Assembly: GCA_016185565.1 (NCBI GenBank)
Contig: JACPNH010000031.1
Coordinates: 1 to 41,200, forward strand
DNA: 41,200 nt
DNA from: Candidatus Woesearchaeota archaeon
Lineage (GTDB): Archaea; Nanobdellota; Nanobdellia; SCGC-AAA011-G17; JAGVZF01
Direction: 5' to 3'
Positions 35,745 to 41,200 of the stretch are shown here, piece after piece. A program made the position numbers and the translations under genes. The number at the start of each line of letters is the position of its first letter. Positions within the stretch are counted from its first letter, which is position 1. The notes beneath the pieces are model-generated. The model ran no database searches. It saw only the letters and a program-made list of their open reading frames with translations, and was not told the origin of the DNA.

Positions 35745-36923
35745 ATGAAAAAGGCACAAGGCTCATCAATAATGGTCTTTCTGATATTATTGGCCTTATT
35801 TATAGTTTTATATGTTTTATTATTGCCGCCGGCTGCTAGGGAAGAACTTCTGGATTTAAACGTTACAGACAGTTCTGGAATTGGAATAGGTTCTAAGGCA
35901 AATACTTTGTTGTACGAAATCCCAGGAATTATTGTGGCTGAAGAGGATAATGAAATAGAACATAAAATGGACTCTGTAAATCTGTTTGTTAAATCCGAGC
36001 CTATCATAAAAGTGCTTTCAAATTCTATAGAGGTTGAAAGAAGCAGTTTTGGGAAGCAAGACCAGAATTTATTATTTAATGCAGATAGTTTAAGTAATCT
36101 TCAAAGTGCTTTATTGACCTTTACTGTTTTAGATTCTAGGGGGAGTTTAATTATAAGTTTAAATGGCCAAAATATCTATGAAAAGAGTGTGAAGAAAGGT
36201 ACCCAGGAGATAATACAACTGCCAAAAGACTTATTGACTGAAAAAAATGAATTAAAATTTTCAGTTAGCAGTCCTGGAATATTATTTTTTATTAAGAATA
36301 GATATTTTCTTAAGGATATAAGGCTGAAAGAAGAGCTTGAAAAAATAAATTCTAAAGAGACAAGGGTGTTTAGCATTTCCAATACAGAGCAGGACAATCT
36401 AGATAGTTCAAGGCTTGATTATTTTGTGTTTTGTAATTCCTTAGATGAACCAGCAACTTCGCTTAAAGTATATCTTAATGATCAACTTGTTACATCTCAA
36501 GTTGTGTCATGTGGGGGAGGAGAAAGAGGCATAGATTTAGATGTAGAAGACATAAAGCAAGGACAAAATGAACTTCTTTTTGTGATTGATAGCGGAGATT
36601 TTACAATAAGCCAGATTAAGCTGACAAACAAGCTTAAGAGAGGAATATTTAATGTGTATGAGTTTGATATTTCTAGGAAAGATTTTGACGAGGTTTTGAA
36701 GCAAAACAAGAAGGTATTATTGGTAATGACCTTTGCTGATAAAACCTCTGTAAAAAGGGGCAAGATTTTGATAAATGATGATCAAATAAGCTTAGACACA
36801 ACAAGCGATAAATTTGCAAAAGACATATCAAAGAGTGTAACCGATGGTATAAACAAGTTAAGAATAGTTCCAGACAAGGAACTAGCAATAAATACATTAA
36901 GAATCACATTTGAAACTGCTTAA
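35745..36923 (+). CDS. Class III signal-peptide surface protein with three repeated beta-sandwich domains
   Basis: MKKA|QGSSIMVFLILLALFIVLYVLLLPP; repeats LIISLNG..EKNELKF, LKVYLND..GQNELLF, GKILIND..GINKLRI. Confidence 0.72.
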   Translation: MKKAQGSSIMVFLILLALFIVLYVLLLPPAAREELLDLNVTDSSGIGIGSKANTLLYEIPGIIVAEEDNEIEHKMDSVNLFVKSEPIIKVLSNSIEVERSSFGKQDQNLLFNADSLSNLQSALLTFTVLDSRGSLIISLNGQNIYEKSVKKGTQEIIQLPKDLLTEKNELKFSVSSPGILFFIKNRYFLKDIRLKEELEKINSKETRVFSISNTEQDNLDSSRLDYFVFCNSLDEPATSLKVYLNDQLVTSQVVSCGGGERGIDLDVEDIKQGQNELLFVIDSGDFTISQIKLTNKLKRGIFNVYEFDISRKDFDEVLKQNKKVLLVMTFADKTSVKRGKILINDDQISLDTTSDKFAKDISKSVTDGINKLRIVPDKELAINTLRITFETA

Positions 36924-36979
36924 CTAAAAAACAAAGATTTTAATATTTGAATTCTTTTAATAATTTAAAAAGAGGAAAA

Positions 36980-38338
36980 ATGGCAGAAATTAAGGCTTCT
37001 GAAGGCATGCTTGAAAGTTATAGGGCCAGTAGAATTAGTGCTGCTTTTGACAGACCAGAACATATTATTCCAGGAGCTGTAGGATGGACTATTGGCAAGA
37101 TTTTAGGTTTTGCAATATTTTTTATAATGCTAGCATTAATGTTTATTGTAATTTACTTCTTCATTAAGTGCGGAACATTTGGAACCTGTAGTTATTTATG
37201 GGAGAAGACGGCTTTTACATTAAAAACAACAGTAGGCGAGGTTAATGAACGAACAGGATTATTTGACAGATTTTTTATTTTGCTTAGAACTGGCGGAGCG
37301 AGTGAAATTGGAGATGTTGATTTTGGACTTGAAAAAACAGAAACCAAGAAATTAATTAAACTTAATGATGTAATACCGAAGCCATTTTACTATCTTAACA
37401 CAGAAAAAGAGAAATTTCCTATAGGTATTGGGTCTTCTATACTATTAGAAGGGATTGCTACAGACGCAATGGTTAGCATGAATTGTGAATTAAAAGATTA
37501 TGATGGAATAGTTACTTATGAACATATTGGAAATTTAGAACCTGGTGAGAATAGGCATTTTATTATTCCTGCAAATACAAGAAGTTCTAGCATAGGATGC
37601 AATTTTGTAGATGGACTTAATGCACAAAATCCAGATGCTTTAGTTTATACTACTTCTGGAACGATGGGTATAACTTTTGAGTCTACTGCCGAAAGCAAGT
37701 GGAGGCCTTATATCATTCATTCAGAAGCCTTAAAACGATGGAGACAGCGAGAATCTTTGAATAAAGATGCTACGGAAAGCTTTGATGTTGCAGTCTTTAT
37801 AGAAAATGATCCGGCACATGCTTACGACAGTGGAGTGCTTGGAATGAAAACAGAACCATCTTATCAATCTTCTGAGGTTATAGAAATAAAAAGCGCAGAT
37901 TCTATGCCATTTGAAGAAAATAAACCATACACATTGTATATAAACTTTAAAACGCTTGATTCATTTTCTGGCAGATTAAAGGAGATTAAGAGCCTGAAAT
38001 TAAAGGTTCCAAGTTCGGTAGATTTGAATGTTAATGAGCAGAGTTGTGACTATCAGTTTTTAGACACCGAAGATGGAAATAAGGTTTATGCTTTGAAGAA
38101 AGAGGTGATTGAAAGGTATAATAAAATCTGCTCAAAAGAAAGTTTACAAAGATTTTCTATAAGCGAAAGCCAATGTACAACTAATTATTTGTTGGATGTA
38201 CCCACATATTGTAGAATGAAATTTAGTATAGAGGATGTTAAAGAGCTGCCCACATTTTTACAATTCATTGCAGATGCAGAGTATAGCTATGAAATGAAAG
38301 ATGACTTTATAATTGAGTTAAAAAGACTATTAATATAA
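36980..38338 (+). CDS. Membrane-anchored surface protein, beta-rich with Cys
   Basis: One N-terminal TM helix, then an extracellular-looking beta-rich domain; ATG at 36980 after AGAGG. Confidence 0.7.
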   Translation: MAEIKASEGMLESYRASRISAAFDRPEHIIPGAVGWTIGKILGFAIFFIMLALMFIVIYFFIKCGTFGTCSYLWEKTAFTLKTTVGEVNERTGLFDRFFILLRTGGASEIGDVDFGLEKTETKKLIKLNDVIPKPFYYLNTEKEKFPIGIGSSILLEGIATDAMVSMNCELKDYDGIVTYEHIGNLEPGENRHFIIPANTRSSSIGCNFVDGLNAQNPDALVYTTSGTMGITFESTAESKWRPYIIHSEALKRWRQRESLNKDATESFDVAVFIENDPAHAYDSGVLGMKTEPSYQSSEVIEIKSADSMPFEENKPYTLYINFKTLDSFSGRLKEIKSLKLKVPSSVDLNVNEQSCDYQFLDTEDGNKVYALKKEVIERYNKICSKESLQRFSISESQCTTNYLLDVPTYCRMKFSIEDVKELPTFLQFIADAEYSYEMKDDFIIELKRLLI

Positions 38339-38390
38339 GCGGTGTAGAAATCTATATAAAATGAGCATGTATAAGTTATGTAAGTTGAAA

Positions 38391-39266
38391 ATGAAAAAGC
38401 TATTATTTGCAATGGTTTTTTTGCTTTTGTTTATTACAGGTTGTAATAGACAAGATAATGATTTGCAATTGCAGCGTAGTTCTTGGATTACTGAGGTATA
38501 TGGAGATGGTATTAAAGCTGAAATGTATATGTTTCCAGGACCTAGGTTCCTTAAGCAAGGGGATTCTATTAGCTTGAAATTTGTGTTGACAAACTTCTTG
38601 AGTAATAGCATAAATGTCAAGATTAGTGTTGAGGATAGCGCAGACACAGCTCAGTTTGGTGGTATCCAAGAGCCTGCAGAGTTGGAGTATACATTAACGC
38701 CAGCGATTTCTAGTAGGGGGAGTATTGAAGAGTTAACAGTTCCAGGAACTACTGATATAACTTACAATAATCTGGGTTTAGTTAGCTTTTTGGCAACAAT
38801 AGACTATGGCGTGGATAAAGAATTCAATTCTGCTAAATTCTGCTTAAAATACAGCTCAAAAGCAATAATTAATAATTGCAATTTTATTGGAAGAGTGAAT
38901 GTGCCTGGCTCAAGTACATTGAGCAGTATAAATTACGAATACGCAGACAGCATAGGCAACGATGATGTTGTGGATAGAATGGAGATTGCATTTAGCATTG
39001 ATGAGAAATGCAATATAATTACTGATGACCAAAAAATAATAGAAGACTCTGAAGTTTATTTGAAAAATTCAGGCAATTTATTTGAATGTTATATTGACAA
39101 AAAAGAAAGCAACCAAAATCATAAGAGTATTAGATGTGTAAACGCTAATGAGCTTAATCTAAATCCAGGAACTCCATATTACTTTGAGAATACTGTAGCA
39201 AAGTTTAAATATGACTGTCAATTAGTGTTAAATTCAGGTTTTATTGACCTTAACCAAGGAGGATAA
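38391..39266 (+). CDS. Putative lipoprotein
   Basis: MKKLLFAMVFLLLFITG|C lipobox-like; beta-rich with Cys pairs. Confidence 0.72.
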   Translation: MKKLLFAMVFLLLFITGCNRQDNDLQLQRSSWITEVYGDGIKAEMYMFPGPRFLKQGDSISLKFVLTNFLSNSINVKISVEDSADTAQFGGIQEPAELEYTLTPAISSRGSIEELTVPGTTDITYNNLGLVSFLATIDYGVDKEFNSAKFCLKYSSKAIINNCNFIGRVNVPGSSTLSSINYEYADSIGNDDVVDRMEIAFSIDEKCNIITDDQKIIEDSEVYLKNSGNLFECYIDKKESNQNHKSIRCVNANELNLNPGTPYYFENTVAKFKYDCQLVLNSGFIDLNQGG

Positions 39267-39269
39267 AAA

Positions 39270-40202
39270 ATGAGGTTGTCGAAACTTTTGATTTTTATGT
39301 TCATTATTTCAGTTATTTTGGTTGCAGGTTGTAAGCAAGATAATAAAAAACCATTAGGACCATTTAGGGGTGGAATAAATGGGGTAGATGTTTCATTTTT
39401 ACCTACATCACCAACATCAGAGTTTAATAAAGGTGACAACATACCTGTAAAAGTTTTATTGAAAAATAAAGGAGAATACGACCTTGCTGAGGGAGAAGCT
39501 TTTGTAAAAATTCTTGGTATACACCATGCTACATTTGGATTAAGTGATCAATATAAAGCTGCTACTGGTAAGATATTAGGAGTTTCTGAAGCCAGAGTTG
39601 AAGGTGGAGAACAACAAGTTGATATGGGCACGATAAATTATAATCAAGATATAATAAATTTCGAAGAGTTTGATTTAAGGGCTAATATATGCTATCCATA
39701 CGAAACAGTAACTCAACTAAATGCATGTATAAGCTCAACAATCTTAGAACAGGGAAAAGCACAAAAAACCTGTAGCATAGAAGGTGAAAAAATAGGCAAG
39801 GGTGATGTATCAAGTGCGCCTGTGCAAGTAACTAGTATAACTGAAAAATTTAGGGGGTCAGATCAATTGTGGTTTGACATTGTGATAGAAAATAAAGGAA
39901 AAGGTACAGTATATAGACCATTAGTACTATGCGGAGACTTAGATGATGCTGCAAGAAGACTAGATGCAGAAAATTTATTAGATGTCAAAATACCGGAAGA
40001 TATACAATGCGCATTTTTAGAGCAAACCTCTAGTTCTGGACAAGTGAGATTGAGTGCTGGTAAGGCTTTATTAAGGTGCAGCAGAAATGTAAAGGATACA
40101 AGTATATTTGAACAGAAAATAAGAATCGAACTGAGATATAAGTATTTGGACTCTACAACAAAACATATAAAGATATTTTCTACTACTACATCAACTACAT
40201 AA
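39270..40202 (+). CDS. Putative lipoprotein with Ig-like domains
   Basis: MRLSKLL...ILVAG|C lipobox; two V.L.N.G strands (LKNKGE, IENKGKG); Thr/Ser tail. Confidence 0.78.
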   Translation: MRLSKLLIFMFIISVILVAGCKQDNKKPLGPFRGGINGVDVSFLPTSPTSEFNKGDNIPVKVLLKNKGEYDLAEGEAFVKILGIHHATFGLSDQYKAATGKILGVSEARVEGGEQQVDMGTINYNQDIINFEEFDLRANICYPYETVTQLNACISSTILEQGKAQKTCSIEGEKIGKGDVSSAPVQVTSITEKFRGSDQLWFDIVIENKGKGTVYRPLVLCGDLDDAARRLDAENLLDVKIPEDIQCAFLEQTSSSGQVRLSAGKALLRCSRNVKDTSIFEQKIRIELRYKYLDSTTKHIKIFSTTTSTT

Positions 40203-40232
40203 ATTTATTAATCTATATTTTTTCTCAATTTT

Positions 40233-41200
40233 ATGAAAATAATTACAGACTTCCAGATACATAGTAGGTTTGCTAGAGCCACTAGCAAGGATATTACAAT
40301 AGAGAATTTAGAGAAATGGGCGAGAATTAAAGGATTGAATTTACTTGGAACAGGTGATTTCCAACATCCTAAATGGTTTGATGAGATAAATGAAAATCTA
40401 GAAGAAGACAGCAATGGTATTTTATGGAGCAAGACAAAATTTCCATTTTTCTGGCAGACCGAGATTTCTTTAATGTACACACAGGATGGAAAAGGCAGGA
40501 GGATACATCATTTAATACTTGCACCAAATAAAGATATTGCAGGACAGATAATTGAGGCATTAGGCAGAAAAGGAAGGCTTGACTATGATGGTAGGCCTAT
40601 TTTTGGTTTTTCTAGTATAGAACTAGTGGACATGATGATGTCTATAAGCAAGGAAATAGAGATAATACCTGCTCATGTATGGACCCCTTATTTTGGATTG
40701 TTTGGAAGTATTACAGGTTTTGACAGTGTCGAAGAATGTTTTAAGGAAAAAAGCAAATATATTCACGCAATCGAAACTGGGATGTCATCTACCCCAGATA
40801 TGAATTGGATGATTTCTAGCTTAGACAAATATGCGTTAGTATCGAATTCTGACATGCACTCACATTGGCCATGGCGTCTTGGAAGAGAGGCCAATATTTT
40901 TGACATAAAACTGAGTTATAAAAATATTATAAATGCGATAAGGACAAGAAAAGGTTTTATAGAGACAATAGAAACAGACCCTAATTATGGCAAGTATCAT
41001 TATGACGGGCATAGAAATTGTAATTTTTCTTGTAGCCCAGAGGAGTCTAGAAAATTAAAAAATATATGCCCAGTATGCAATAAACCATTGACTATAGGAG
41101 TGCTTAATAGAGTAGAACAACTGGCTGATAGAGAATATGGATTTATGCCAAAAGATGCTGTTCTATTTAAGAAAATAATACCATTAAGCGAATTAATTGC
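40233..41200 (+). CDS. endoQ: Endonuclease Q family PHP-domain protein; runs off window end
   Basis: Manual translation MKIITDFQIHSRFARATSK...GTGDFQHP...IPAHVWTP...ETGMSS...SNSDMHS...RLGRE...GKYHYDGHRNC...CPVCNKPLTIGVLNRVEQLADR. Confidence 0.88.
   Translation, partial: MKIITDFQIHSRFARATSKDITIENLEKWARIKGLNLLGTGDFQHPKWFDEINENLEEDSNGILWSKTKFPFFWQTEISLMYTQDGKGRRIHHLILAPNKDIAGQIIEALGRKGRLDYDGRPIFGFSSIELVDMMMSISKEIEIIPAHVWTPYFGLFGSITGFDSVEECFKEKSKYIHAIETGMSSTPDMNWMISSLDKYALVSNSDMHSHWPWRLGREANIFDIKLSYKNIINAIRTRKGFIETIETDPNYGKYHYDGHRNCNFSCSPEESRKLKNICPVCNKPLTIGVLNRVEQLADREYGFMPKDAVLFKKIIPLSELI

Noticed and set aside
40208..40560. Two minus-strand ORFs
   Set aside because: Shadows of the partial endoQ gene on the plus strand.

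Overview
AT-rich archaeal chromosomal segment, most consistent with a DPANN lineage (Woesearchaeota/Pacearchaeota-like; inferred from gene content and order only). Left end: partial LonB protease, a PRC-barrel gene, a probable replication origin (inverted ORB-like boxes around an AT-rich unwinding element) and cdc6/orc1-DP1-DP2 (PolD). Next come an arginase-family gene, Hef helicase/nuclease, an M50 protease and a TraB-family gene. An uncharacterised module (PRC barrel, three paralogous membrane proteins, two coiled-coil proteins) sits next to a large type IV pilus-like locus: an intein-containing VirB11/PilB-type ATPase, a TadB/C-like platform protein and about 11 consecutive class III signal-peptide (prepilin-like) genes, one missed by the ORF track. 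Downstream are RPA, a small PC4-like protein, RadA with an intein away from the P-loop site, a glycosyltransferase, tRNA-Arg(GCG) with two introns, a Zn-ribbon protein, EF-1beta, a degenerate HIT protein, an A24 prepilin peptidase, four surface proteins and a partial EndoQ. No CRISPR, rRNA or transposase was seen. All assignments are motif reading by eye; no searches were run.
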